Shown piece after piece: positions 18,769-28,774 of a DNA stretch of 64,000 nucleotides. The translations under genes were made by a program, and so were the position numbers. Positions within the stretch are counted from its first letter, which is position 1. Each line of letters opens with the position of its first letter. The DNA is taken from contig OY970309.1 in NCBI GenBank assembly GCA_963716395.1, positions 1 to 64,000 on the forward strand, written 5' to 3'. This DNA comes from an uncultured Fibrobacteria bacterium. Lineage in GTDB: Bacteria > Fibrobacterota > Fibrobacteria > UBA11236. Below the pieces are notes generated by a model. It was not told the origin of the DNA. It ran no database searches and was given only the letters and a program-made list of their open reading frames with translations.

Positions 18769-19691
18769 TCAGGCCGGCTTTTTGAGATCGGGTTCCGTAT
18801 TCTTCCGGGCGTTTTCCTGCCCCAGCCCCATGGTCAACGCCGTGACCCCGGCCAGCCCGCCGAGTTGCATGGTTTCGACGGCCGTACTCGGAACGATCAC
18901 GATGGTGGCGTTCTCTTTCAAGCCTTCATACAACATGTTCATGGCCCGCAAATGAAAAGCGACGGGATTTTGATCGTAGCTTTTGGCCGCTTCGGCGAAT
19001 TTCTCCGCCACCTGCCGTTCGGAGTCTCCCAAAATCACGCGGGCTTGACGCTCTCTTTCCGCCTGGGCCTGCATCGACATCGCATCTTCCAGCGCGGAGG
19101 GATTAAGACGTCTTTCACCTCGACGGAAATCACATTGATGCCCCAGGGTTCGGTGCGTTCATCGATGATCTTCTGCAGCATGCTGCTGATGTGGTCCCGG
19201 CCTTCCAGCATGTCCGAAAGCATAGTTTTGCCGATCACGTCGCGCAGCGCGGTTTGCGAGGCCCAGCGGATGGCGGTTTGATAGTTTTCCACGTCCAGAG
19301 CCGCTTTTTTCGGATCCAAGACCTTCCAAAACAAAACCGCGTCCACATCCACCGGCACCGTGTCCTTGGTGAGGGTTTTTTCCGCCTTGAAACCGGTGGT
19401 GATGACGCGGGTGTCGATCCAATACGGAATGGCGTCGAGGATGGGAATTATGAAAAACAGCCCCGGCCCCCGCAGGGAATGGAATCGGCCCAAACGCAAG
19501 ATCACCGCCCGACTCCACTGATCGGCGACCTGAATGGAAGAGGCGACAAGCATGGCGATCAGGAAGGCGCCGATCCCGATCCCGAGGGATTCCAGGTTGG
19601 AGGCGACGCCGTGTCGGGCGTAAATCCATGCCGCTCCCAGGCCGAGGATCACAAAAAAAATCAGGACGGCAAAGGACCGGTTCTGTTTCAT
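18769..19691 (-). pseudogene. SPFH/slipin (stomatin-like) protein split by a single-base frameshift near 19095
   Basis: TLTKDTVPVDVDAV...QTALRDVIG...VEVKDVLIP continues in another frame as (ALEDA)MSMQAQAERERQAR; possibly a sequencing error. Confidence 0.85.
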
Positions 19692-20145
19692 GGTTATGAC
19701 CTCCGTGTCTTGCTCTGGCATAAAATCCGTTTTGGTGGCGTTGTTCATCATTGGGCGGTTCATTTTTAGCTCCTCTTCAGGATTTCCAGGTGGATTTCAT
19801 TCGGTCACTGGTCACGGGGAGATTTGCCAGCGCTTTTGGCCATCGCTTTTGCGGTTTCGCTTCCCCGTCTTGGCCATCGCCCCGCGGCAGGAAGCGGCCG
19901 AAAATCACGAACCCGGTTCTTATCACTAAGGTTACGGTAACTTGTATAGGACGCACGAACAGAACACCGACATCGATCCGCCCGGTTTTAAGGTCGCAGG
20001 CTTCGGCCATGGATCTCCCCCGTGAGTTCCTTTTTCCCGCGCAAGGCCGGTGCCAAACCGTTTTTCACCGGATTGGTTTGAATTCACGGAAAGGCGGCGC
20101 CGCCGAAAAAACCGCCTTGCCAATCTGGCGTGTCCGGTTTGCTTG

Positions 20146-20847
20146 TCAATCCCCCGCCTCGTCGTCTTTGAAATCCTCTTTCCCCGCTTCGCGGCGGGCC
20201 GCCTTCTCCAGCAGCGCGCGAATTTGCCGATCCGCCAGCGGCGGGAAGTCGGAATACCATTCCCCCACCGCCGCGAAATCCTCGGGAGCCATGAGATCGA
20301 GGGCTTCATCCGCCTGGGAGCGCACGGCCTCCAGGGTCGCGCGTTCGGCCACGGGTACGCCCACGACCAGGCGTTCGGGCCGGGCCAGCCGCAGGGCCCG
20401 TAACACCCAAGGCAACAGACTTCCCGGCGGCAGGCCTTCATCGACCACGATGAGGACCCGGCCGAAAAATCCGGTGGCGCCGGCGCCGTAAATCGTGGCC
20501 TGTTTTTCCAACTCGGATCGGCTGATCGTTTCGGCTTCCACCGCTTTTTCCTGCACCTGGGCGGCGAGCAGGGCTTCGGGATGCACATAGCGCAGACCGC
20601 CCGAAATCGCGACGCCTACGGCAGCCGCGGAATTTTGCGGCGCGGTGAGCGGGCGCACGAGCAAGGGGCGCAAAGGCAGATACAACACTTCGGCCACCTC
20701 GTTCGCCACGGCCATGCCTCCCGGCGTCAGGCCCAGCACCAAAGCGTCGGCATGCCGCTCGTATTTTTTCAGGCGCCGCCCCAATTGCTGGCCGGCGTCC
20801 ACGCGATCCAGAAATCCGCGTCCATGGGTTTTCGCATTCCAATTCAT
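20146..20847 (-). CDS. Phosphoribosyltransferase-like protein
   Basis: FLDRVDAGQQLG, VGVPVA, AVGEWYSDF; GAGGAG RBS; PRPP motif degenerate. Confidence 0.8.
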   Translation of the reverse strand: MNWNAKTHGRGFLDRVDAGQQLGRRLKKYERHADALVLGLTPGGMAVANEVAEVLYLPLRPLLVRPLTAPQNSAAAVGVAISGGLRYVHPEALLAAQVQEKAVEAETISRSELEKQATIYGAGATGFFGRVLIVVDEGLPPGSLLPWVLRALRLARPERLVVGVPVAERATLEAVRSQADEALDLMAPEDFAAVGEWYSDFPPLADRQIRALLEKAARREAGKEDFKDDEAGD

Positions 20848-21093
20848 GGCTTTTCTCCTCGGTGCTTTATCAACCTTTAGCAATAATCGCAGCAAGATTC
20901 GGGCGCAGGTTCGGCGCCGAAGCGGCTCCAAAACGGCCCCCCAAATGCGCCGGAAAACGGCACTTTTGGCGTGCGATTTGGCACCGTGTCAATGGGCGCA
21001 AAAGCGCCTTGACTTCTTGTCAAGCGATGCAGTCATTCCGGTTACAGCGTCGACGGCTTTGCGTGAATTTGAACGGCAGACGCACCTTCGGAT

Positions 21094-21109
21094 TGGGCAC
21101 GCGCTTTGC
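21094..21109 (+). promoter_or_regulatory. Putative sigma-54 promoter
   Basis: TGGGCACGCGCTTTGC (GG-N10-GC) upstream of the hemerythrin gene; upstream palindrome CTTGAC-N5-GTCAAG near 21008-21024. Confidence 0.4.
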
Positions 21110-21251
21110 GCACTTATTGCAGCATGATCCGCAAGGATCGGTTTCGCGGCGAGGCGACGCCGTGAAAGGGAGAGCCCGGCCTGGGTAACCTGGAAGTAAC
21201 GCTCCGGGTTGCCGGTCGGGGCTCCCGCACGCTTCATCTCGGGAGCAGAGC

Positions 21252-22064
21252 ATGGAATTTTCCGACCCTATCTATCCCGGAACCTCCGCCTTGACGGTGC
21301 TGCGCTATCGGCCCATCGCCATGGCCGTGTTCGAAAAATACGGCCTCGATCCCTGGCAAAATCCCGACGTCTCCATTGCGGATTTGTGCAGCCGCCACGG
21401 CTTCGCCTGGTCCCGCTTCGACGCCGATTTGGAGGCGCTGTGCGTGCCGCCGAAAGACACCGACTGGAAGGCGCACCCGATTTACCAGTTGCTGGATTTT
21501 CTACGCCAGGAGCACCGCGAATTCGAACACGGTTATTTGCCGGCCATTCGCTATGCCGAAGATTTGGAAGGCCGCCGCGGCACCCGCATGGCCTTATTGC
21601 ATTCGCTGGGCCGCCTGTGGCCGGAATTCCGAGCCGGCCTGCTCGAGCATTTGCGCGAAGAAGAAGAACTCCTTTTTCCCCGCATTCTCCGCCATGGCCA
21701 TGCCCTGCGCACGGGGCGCTTCGATGCCCGTCTGCAGGGCAAGTCGCTACGCCCTTTTGTGGCTGCGCATCTGCTGAAGAACGAAAACCGACTCATCGCC
21801 GATTTGGGCCGGCTGCGCAACACCATTGCGGCCGAAGGCAATGCGGCTGCGCCAGCGCCGTCGGGACATTTGCTGCCGCTGCTGTCGGAATTTCACGATC
21901 GGCTGGAAGCGCATGCGCGTTTGGAGGCGGAGGATCTTTATCCCCGTGCTTTGGAAAACGAACAGAAACTGTTCGGCCGCGAAGCCGCGAAGGCCGCGGA
22001 CGGGGCGCAGGAAGCAGCGGCACAACCGCACTCCGAATCCGAATGGAAAGGGGTAGCGGCTTGA
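21252..22064 (+). CDS. Hemerythrin-domain protein, Ric/YtfE-like
   Basis: ScdA_N-like start (AVFEKYGLD...SIADLC); EH, HLREEEELLFP and HARLEAEDLYP hemerythrin motifs. Confidence 0.75.
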   Translation: MEFSDPIYPGTSALTVLRYRPIAMAVFEKYGLDPWQNPDVSIADLCSRHGFAWSRFDADLEALCVPPKDTDWKAHPIYQLLDFLRQEHREFEHGYLPAIRYAEDLEGRRGTRMALLHSLGRLWPEFRAGLLEHLREEEELLFPRILRHGHALRTGRFDARLQGKSLRPFVAAHLLKNENRLIADLGRLRNTIAAEGNAAAPAPSGHLLPLLSEFHDRLEAHARLEAEDLYPRALENEQKLFGREAAKAADGAQEAAAQPHSESEWKGVAA

Positions 22065-22118
22065 AAACCATCTGAACGTCTTTAGGGCGAACCTTTCACT
22101 TTAATCAGGAGATGCCGC

Positions 22119-22391
22119 ATGAAAGCATTGAAAGTCCTTTCAAAAAAATCGCCCGGAGATTCCAATAGCGCCCCGTAGGTGGTACTGTCTTCACCATTCG
22201 AGACCTTATGGGAAAACCCGTTGCAACTCGCGTCGCGGCAATTCGGGGTGGGCGATTATTTTTGTCTGTTTCAATTGGGCGAGGAGTATGACCGCGACCG
22301 GATCAACGCCAAACTCGATCTCGGCGTGCTGACGGTGACCATTCCCAAGCGCGAAGACGCCAAGCCCAAACGCATCGCCATTCAGGCCTGA
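22119..22391 (+). pseudogene. Truncated Hsp20/alpha-crystallin gene
   Basis: AGGAG RBS and ATG at 22119, in-frame TAG at 22176; C-terminal INAKLDLGVLTVTIPKREDAKPKRIAI. Confidence 0.7.
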
Positions 22392-22452
22392 ATCCGCGCG
22401 GGGCGGCCCGAGTTTTGCGCTAAATTGGATATTCAGGAAGCGAGGTCATCGA

Positions 22453-22986
22453 ATGCTAAAAATTCAGGAATCATCGAATGTGAAGAAAAGCGGTTGGATC
22501 GGCGCCGCCTTACTGACGGGCGTAACCGCCCTGTTTACCTTGGGTTTCAGCGACAGCGCCAAGCCCGCAACGCCGGCTGCGCTTCCCGATCATCCGACGG
22601 CGGTGCACATTCTCGTGCTTGACAAGCATGACACCGACGTTACGAAACACATCGAGGTGGTGCCGCTGCCGGAGCACACCCGGCTGAAGCCCGGTTTGCT
22701 GTATCCGGATTCGCTGAAAGGCCGCATTCAAGGACAAACCTTTTTGTGGCAACGCGGCGATCTGGTTCCGGACACGACCCATGCCGGCGCAAAAACCCAA
22801 GACCAAAAAACCGTGGCGGCCTTTCGGGTTTATTGGAAACAGGTAGAGAATACCGAAGGGTACGACGAATTCCGGAACCAGATACAACAAGGCACCAATG
22901 TCGACAAATCCTGGATTCCCAAAGTGTTTTACTTCGACTCTTCTTTGGCGGTGATCCCCGGCTACCTGTTTATACGCTTCAAGTGA
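22453..22986 (+). CDS. Hypothetical exported protein
   Basis: Signal-peptide-like N-terminus and genome-like codon usage. Confidence 0.6.
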   Translation: MLKIQESSNVKKSGWIGAALLTGVTALFTLGFSDSAKPATPAALPDHPTAVHILVLDKHDTDVTKHIEVVPLPEHTRLKPGLLYPDSLKGRIQGQTFLWQRGDLVPDTTHAGAKTQDQKTVAAFRVYWKQVENTEGYDEFRNQIQQGTNVDKSWIPKVFYFDSSLAVIPGYLFIRFK

Positions 22987-23063
22987 CGGGCCGGCGCAGG
23001 ACGCCAGCCGCGGTGGGGGCCGTCCGCGGTACGGCCTAAAATCAAACCCGCAGGAGGAAAAGG

Positions 23064-23405
23064 ATGGATGCGAAAAAAACGTCCACGACATTCGACGTTC
23101 CGGGATACAAAATCAAAGAAAATCTCGGCATGGTGCGCGGGCTCGTGGTTCGCTCCCGCTCGGTGATCGGGAATCTGGGAGCGGCCTGGCAGATTTTGTT
23201 CGGGGGAAATATCACCTTGCTCACGTCTTTATGCGAAAAGGCCCGGAAAGACGCGTTTCAGAAATTGATGGAGCATGCGGCGGATTTGGGTGCGGACGGG
23301 ATTGTCGGCCTTCGCTACGACGCCACCGAAGTGATGGGCGGGGTTACGGAAGTGCTGTGCTATGGGACGGCGGTCAAGCTGGAAAAGATTTCCGTACCCG
23401 ATTAG
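23064..23405 (+). CDS. YbjQ/UPF0145 family protein
   Basis: LGMVRGLVVRSR...GADGIVGLRYD...EVLCYGTAV. Confidence 0.92.
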   Translation: MDAKKTSTTFDVPGYKIKENLGMVRGLVVRSRSVIGNLGAAWQILFGGNITLLTSLCEKARKDAFQKLMEHAADLGADGIVGLRYDATEVMGGVTEVLCYGTAVKLEKISVPD

Positions 23406-23418
23406 CATTTTTACCCGC

Positions 23419-23784
23419 ATGCCAACCACGGTCATAAAATCCTTTGGATTCGAATCGGCGCATTTTCTGCCCGGTGTGCCGCCCGAGCACAAATGCCGCC
23501 GCCTGCACGGCCACAGCTTTCGCTGCGAGGTGCAAGTGAGTGGTCCCGTGGATCCGGCTACCGGGTTCGTGATCGATTTCGCCGATATCACCGCGGCCTG
23601 CGAGCCGCTGCGCCGGGCGCTGGATCACCGCTTTCTCAACCAGGACGTGCCGGGGCTGGAAAATCCCACTTCGGAACATATCGCCCAATGGATTTGGGAT
23701 CGCCTCAAGCCGGCCTTGCCCGGCCTCACCGCCGTGGTGTTGCACGAGACCTGCACGGCCCGCTGCGAGTACCGGGGAGGTTAA
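23419..23784 (+). CDS. queD: 6-carboxy-5,6,7,8-tetrahydropterin synthase
   Basis: FESAHFL, CRRLHGHS, LDHRFLN, NPTSE, ET motifs. Confidence 0.93.
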   Translation: MPTTVIKSFGFESAHFLPGVPPEHKCRRLHGHSFRCEVQVSGPVDPATGFVIDFADITAACEPLRRALDHRFLNQDVPGLENPTSEHIAQWIWDRLKPALPGLTAVVLHETCTARCEYRGG

Positions 23785-25064
23785 CCCCGCAAAAATTCCC
23801 GCAGCACCGCGCTGACGGCCGCCGGGTCGTCGGCGCCGCACATTTCGCGGGCGCTGTGCATGGAAAGCATGGGGGCACCGATGTCGACGGCCGCCATGCC
23901 GAGTTGCGCGCTCAGGCCCGGACCCACCGTGGTGCCGCAGCCCAGGTCGGATCGGGTGAGAAAATTCTGCACCGCAACGCCGGCGCGGCGGGCATAGCCC
24001 AGAAAGCGGGCGGCGGTTTCGCCGTCGGTGGCATAGCGCTGGCCGGCATTGGCCTTGAGCACCACGCCTCGGTTCATGAGGGGAAAATGGCCGGGCTCAT
24101 GCCGGTCGGCGTAATTCGGATGCAGGGCATGGGCCATGTCGGCCGACACCAGCATCGAGCGCGACAGCAGCGCCAGCCAGGCCGGACGATCCAATCCCAA
24201 GGCGCGGGCGACGCGCTCCAAAGCCGCGGGCAGAAAGTTCGACTCGGCCCCCTGCGCCGACACACTGCCCACCTCTTCGTGATCGAAAAGGGCGATGACC
24301 TGCACCGCCTGCCCGTCCGTCGGCGCCGCCAAAAAGGCCGCGAGCGCGGCCTGGCACATGGCCAGGTTGTCGAGCCGGCCCGCGTAGATAAAGGCGTCGT
24401 CGAGCCCGCCGTAACGCGCCGGTGACAGGTCGTACAGGCACAGATCAAAAGCCAGGTCGGCGAACAGGGTGCCAGCCGCCGCGGCCAAAGCCGCTTCCAG
24501 CGCGGTGCCGTCGGCCAGGCCCGTGATGGGCACCAGATGTTTCTGGGCGTTAAGGATCAACCCCTGCTCGTTCACGCTGCGGTCAAGGTGGATGGCCAGT
24601 TGCGGAATGCGCAGGGGTTGATCTTCCAGCCGCACCAGACGCGGCGAAGGCGCGGCGGCGTCGACGGTACAGACGCGGCCGGCCAGGCCCAGATCGCGGT
24701 CGAGCCATGAGTTGTACAAGGCGCCGCCATACACTTCGACCCCCCATTGCCGGTAACCGAAGGCCGGCTCGGGAGGCCGGGGTTTGAGCCGCAGGCCGGG
24801 GCTGTCGGTATGCGCGACCACGACGTGAAACGGCAAGGGCCGCGCCGGGTCGAAGCCCGCGGGCACGCGCACGGCCAAAACCGAGCTGCCGCGGCGCAGG
24901 CACTGCAGCGCTTCCCCGGGCCCGAGTCTCCACGGTTCGGATTCGGAGCGCGCGCCGATGCCCGCTTGCGCCAGGCGCTGCGAGGCCGCGGCCACGGCAT
25001 GCCAAGGCGACGGGCTTTGCTGCAGAAATTCGATCAGCGCATCGGCGGCGACATTTTTCGCCAT
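23781..25064 (-). CDS. M18 family aspartyl aminopeptidase
   Basis: AHTDSP, RLDNL, DHEEVGS, SADMAHA, LSMHSARE. Confidence 0.93.
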   Translation of the reverse strand: MAKNVAADALIEFLQQSPSPWHAVAAASQRLAQAGIGARSESEPWRLGPGEALQCLRRGSSVLAVRVPAGFDPARPLPFHVVVAHTDSPGLRLKPRPPEPAFGYRQWGVEVYGGALYNSWLDRDLGLAGRVCTVDAAAPSPRLVRLEDQPLRIPQLAIHLDRSVNEQGLILNAQKHLVPITGLADGTALEAALAAAAGTLFADLAFDLCLYDLSPARYGGLDDAFIYAGRLDNLAMCQAALAAFLAAPTDGQAVQVIALFDHEEVGSVSAQGAESNFLPAALERVARALGLDRPAWLALLSRSMLVSADMAHALHPNYADRHEPGHFPLMNRGVVLKANAGQRYATDGETAARFLGYARRAGVAVQNFLTRSDLGCGTTVGPGLSAQLGMAAVDIGAPMLSMHSAREMCGADDPAAVSAVLREFLRG

Positions 25065-25067
25065 GAG

Positions 25068-25742
25068 TTATCCCCCTTCCGCAGCCGCTAAAACCGTGGG
25101 CAAGCGCCGCAGGCTTTCGTAAAAGTAGGCCGAGCAGGCGTAGGCGTAGGGGACCAGCCAGATCAGGGCCACGCCCAAAGTGAGCAGGGAGAGCAGAAAC
25201 AATCCGAACAGCCAGCAATGCAGCACCACCAATTCCAGGCGATGCCCGTACATCATGTCGCGGCTTTTCTGCAACGCCTCGACGGCGCTGAGCTCGGGGT
25301 GATCAGCCAGTACGAAAAACACCTGGGAATAGTTAAGCATCCACACTACGGCGGGTACGACGAGCAGCAGGGTTCCGAGCACAATCCAGAACAGGAGCAA
25401 AAAGAACGCCGCCATGTTGCGGCCCATGCGATCGAGCCCTTGCAGCAAATGCTCCCAATCGGGCCGGGTTTCGCGCTCGGCCGCGAGCGCGAACGCGCTG
25501 GTGCCCACATAGAACGGGCCGGAAACGATCATGCTCAGCAGCGGCCCCAGCTTGGGCTCGGCGCCCAGCACGCCCTGGCACAAAAACGCGATCCACATCA
25601 CCAGCAGATACCGGCCCCACCGCCCGCGCAGGCTGTCGCGGGCGGCGCGCAGGATCTCGCGGCCGGTGGGCATGACGCCCACTCGCTGGACGGGAGCAGG
25701 GTCGCCGGAAGCCTCGGGCTCCGCTTCGACGAAATCCGTCAC
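25068..25742 (-). CDS. DUF975 family membrane protein
   Basis: LLVVPAVVWMLNYSQ...SRDMMYGH...LLTLGVALIWLVPY. Confidence 0.8.
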   Translation of the reverse strand: MTDFVEAEPEASGDPAPVQRVGVMPTGREILRAARDSLRGRWGRYLLVMWIAFLCQGVLGAEPKLGPLLSMIVSGPFYVGTSAFALAAERETRPDWEHLLQGLDRMGRNMAAFFLLLFWIVLGTLLLVVPAVVWMLNYSQVFFVLADHPELSAVEALQKSRDMMYGHRLELVVLHCWLFGLFLLSLLTLGVALIWLVPYAYACSAYFYESLRRLPTVLAAAEGG

Positions 25743-25746
25743 CCCG

Positions 25747-26550
25747 TCAGTCCTTGCCCTCTTGGCCTTCCGCCATGCCCATGGAGCGTTTGGTATAGCC
25801 CGCGGGAACTTCGAACTCCGACGCGTCGATGGCCTGATTCTTCACCAGTTTCACCTCCATGCGCGAATCGGGCGTACCGGCGCTGTCGAGCGACTCGGAA
25901 CGCACGGGCCAGCCGCCCATCTTATCCGCGAGCTTGAAGTAGCGATCAAAGCCGCGATTTTTGGAAACGCCGCTGAAAAGTCCCACCCGCTTGAACACGT
26001 CGAAATCCTCGCGCTTGATGTTCAAGGTCGAGAAGGGAACCACCCAGGCGAGGCTGGCTTTCTTGCCGTTCAGGTAAACGGCATATTCGGTGGCATTCCA
26101 ACTCCCCACCTGACCGGAGCCGATTTTCTTGAACTCGAGTTGGTCCAGCGAATCTTGATCGTCGCCCCCCATGCGGCCCTGCATCATCTTTTCCATGGCG
26201 GCGCGCCGGTCCGGCGGCAGGTTTTTCATGGCCTCTTCCATTTGCGCCTTGGCCTGATTCAGCCGGGCGCGGGCGCGTTCCATGTCGGCGCGGGTGATTT
26301 CGACATAGCTCTTCTTGTCGGGGTCGAGCAGGTACATGGCTTTTTGATCGTCGCGGTAAATGAAGTAATGATTTTCGTCGCGCTGAGGATTTTCCGACCA
26401 CATGCGCAGGCGATCCTTTTCGACCAACACATGCTCGAGCCGGGGCGGGACCTTTTCCATCAAATTCTGAACTTGAATGTCGAGCACAACACCGGCGGAA
26501 GCCATGGAAATGCACGCCATGGCGAACACCGTAATTTTCATGGTATTCAT
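25747..26550 (-). CDS. Exported DUF4412-like protein
   Basis: Signal peptide; YLLDPDKKSY and FEVPAGY motifs; AGGAGG RBS. Confidence 0.7.
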   Translation of the reverse strand: MNTMKITVFAMACISMASAGVVLDIQVQNLMEKVPPRLEHVLVEKDRLRMWSENPQRDENHYFIYRDDQKAMYLLDPDKKSYVEITRADMERARARLNQAKAQMEEAMKNLPPDRRAAMEKMMQGRMGGDDQDSLDQLEFKKIGSGQVGSWNATEYAVYLNGKKASLAWVVPFSTLNIKREDFDVFKRVGLFSGVSKNRGFDRYFKLADKMGGWPVRSESLDSAGTPDSRMEVKLVKNQAIDASEFEVPAGYTKRSMGMAEGQEGKD

Positions 26551-26634
26551 GGAAACCTCCTGAACGAAAAAGTTAAATCCCGCGGACGCGGCGAAAGTAT
26601 CCATATTTCGAGTCACTTGGGGGGGCGGAGTTCT

Positions 26635-28677
26635 ATGCGAAATATCCAATCGGATCGTTCCAGGGCGCGCTTAGTCGTATGCACGTTGGGGATTTTCTTG
26701 TTGGCTTCGAACCTACGGGCCGATGCCGGGAATCTCGCCGAAGACGGCGGCTACGGCGTTTTCCGCTTGCAATCTGCGGAACTCCCCGAGCACACCATGC
26801 TGGGTATTTCGCTTTACAACCGCCTGCTCAATATGAATACCTCGGTCGATGCCCTGAATTCGCTGCTGCAAGGGCCGACGGTGACGCCGCCCGGCAGCCA
26901 GCCTTCGGCGGCGCAATTGTGGGCCCTGAACAATGTTCTGGCCGCGAGCATTTCCACCCATCGCTTCTTCGAATTCCATGTGGCGGTTCCCCTCTACTAT
27001 CAGGATTTGGTGTATCAGAACAACGGTCAAAGCGAAGAGACTCAGAACTACACCGTGGGGGATGTTCGCTATCTGCTGAAACTGGCCATGCCCGTCGGCA
27101 ATGCGACCTCGCCGTTGTCGGCCGCCCTTCTGGCCGGAGGCAGCGCGCCGACTTCGCAAACCGGTTCCATTCCGGTTCCCACGCGGCTGGAATATGCGCC
27201 CGAAAACACGAGTGTTTTGAAATCGGGCGGATCGCGCGCGTCGGGGGATCACCGCGACGATTGGGAAATCGGCGGGGCCCTGACCCTCGACTTCGAGCAC
27301 AGCGCCATGCCCTTGCCCGTGGCCATTCACGTCAACGCCCTGGGCCGCAAGACCAGCGCCTTCACGCCCGAGGATAGCGATTTCTACGACGTCATGGCCG
27401 TGGGCGCGGGTTTCGAAGGCAAGGTGTCGGAATACGTCTCGCTGCTGGGCGAATACTGGCATGAAAACCTGCTCGATAATACGCCGACCTATGACCCCCA
27501 ACTCAACGAATTGACCGTCGGCCTCGGCTTTCACACGCCGGTCGGGCTTTCGGTGCTGCTCGGCAGCGGATTTGCGCTGTTCAACCACAGCCTCATCCCC
27601 ACCGGCTATTTCAACTCCGACGGCGCGGATGAATACAACTTCAACGCGCGCCCGTCGCCCAATGCCCAGATCATTCTGGCCATCACCTATACCGGCGTCT
27701 TGAGCAATCTGGATCGGGATCATGACGGCATTCCCGACGACAAAGACAAATGCCCCGACGTGCCGGGCGTGGCCCAATTCGCCGGCTGCCCCAATCCCGA
27801 TCAAGATGGCGACAAGATCTGCGACCCCTGGGTGGGCAAAGCGGGCCTCAGCGATTACTTCTCCAACATTTGCAAAGACATCGACAAATGCCCCACGGTA
27901 CCCGGCTTGGCGAAATATCAGGGTTGCCCCATGCCCGACAAAGACGGCGACGGCGTTCCCGACGATCAGGATAAATGTCCCGACGTGCCCGGTCTGGCCA
28001 AATTCGGCGGCTGCCCCAATCCCGACAAAGACAGCGACGGCGTTTGTGATCCGTGGGTGACGCAGAACGGTTTGAGCACGTACTTCGCCAACATCTGCAC
28101 CGGCATCGACAAATGCCCCGACGATCCCGAAGACAAAGACGGCTTCGAGGACGAAGACGGCTGTCCCGATCCCGACAACGACAAAGACGGCATTTGCGAT
28201 CCCTGGGTGGCCGAGAAAGGCCTGAGCGCCAAGTATGCTTCGGTATGCAAAGGCTCGGACAAATGTCCCAATCAGCCGGAAACCTTCAACGGCTACCAGG
28301 ATGAAGACGGATGCCCCGACGTCGCCCCGGTACAGCAGAAAACCCTGATTCTGCACGGCGTCAATTTCGAAACCGGCAAGTCGACCCTGCTACCCGAATC
28401 GTTCCCGATTCTCGACGACATCGCGGCCCAGCTCAAGGCCGCGCCCGACATCAAGGTCGAGGTTTCGGGCCATACCGACAATGTCGGCGGATATCAATAC
28501 AACATGAATCTCTCGCGCTCCCGCGCCCAAAGCGTGGCCGACTACCTGATCCAAAAAGGCGTGGCATCCGACCGCCTCAAGGTGGCGGGGTATGGGTTTA
28601 CCAAACCCATCGCCTCCAACCATACGGCCGAAGGGCGTTTGCAGAACCGCCGCGTGGAGTTCAACCGCATCCAATAA
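26635..28677 (+). CDS. OmpA family outer-membrane protein with thrombospondin type-3-like Ca-binding repeats
   Basis: Repeated DxDxDGxPDxxDKCP; C-terminal VEVSGHTD...LSRSRA...NRRVEF; beta-barrel-like N-terminal half. Confidence 0.92.
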   Translation: MRNIQSDRSRARLVVCTLGIFLLASNLRADAGNLAEDGGYGVFRLQSAELPEHTMLGISLYNRLLNMNTSVDALNSLLQGPTVTPPGSQPSAAQLWALNNVLAASISTHRFFEFHVAVPLYYQDLVYQNNGQSEETQNYTVGDVRYLLKLAMPVGNATSPLSAALLAGGSAPTSQTGSIPVPTRLEYAPENTSVLKSGGSRASGDHRDDWEIGGALTLDFEHSAMPLPVAIHVNALGRKTSAFTPEDSDFYDVMAVGAGFEGKVSEYVSLLGEYWHENLLDNTPTYDPQLNELTVGLGFHTPVGLSVLLGSGFALFNHSLIPTGYFNSDGADEYNFNARPSPNAQIILAITYTGVLSNLDRDHDGIPDDKDKCPDVPGVAQFAGCPNPDQDGDKICDPWVGKAGLSDYFSNICKDIDKCPTVPGLAKYQGCPMPDKDGDGVPDDQDKCPDVPGLAKFGGCPNPDKDSDGVCDPWVTQNGLSTYFANICTGIDKCPDDPEDKDGFEDEDGCPDPDNDKDGICDPWVAEKGLSAKYASVCKGSDKCPNQPETFNGYQDEDGCPDVAPVQQKTLILHGVNFETGKSTLLPESFPILDDIAAQLKAAPDIKVEVSGHTDNVGGYQYNMNLSRSRAQSVADYLIQKGVASDRLKVAGYGFTKPIASNHTAEGRLQNRRVEFNRIQ

Positions 28678-28774
28678 TTTCTTTCCCGCCCCGGAATTTT
28701 TCCTCCGCCGCCGGTCGCCGTGACCGGCGTCACACTTGCCTTCACCATTCTGCGCGGCCGCCGTCCAAGCCGCG

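Noticed and set aside
19777-20010. 77-aa minus-strand ORF
   Set aside because: No recognisable motif; cannot be distinguished from chance.
25531-26634. N-terminal 368 aa of the 1048-aa OmpA ORF
   Set aside because: Antisense to the DUF975 and DUF4412 genes. The real start with a signal peptide is at 26635.
27715-28320. Tandem DNA repeats within the OmpA gene as a variable locus
   Set aside because: Ordinary in-frame, diverged thrombospondin type-3-like protein repeats.
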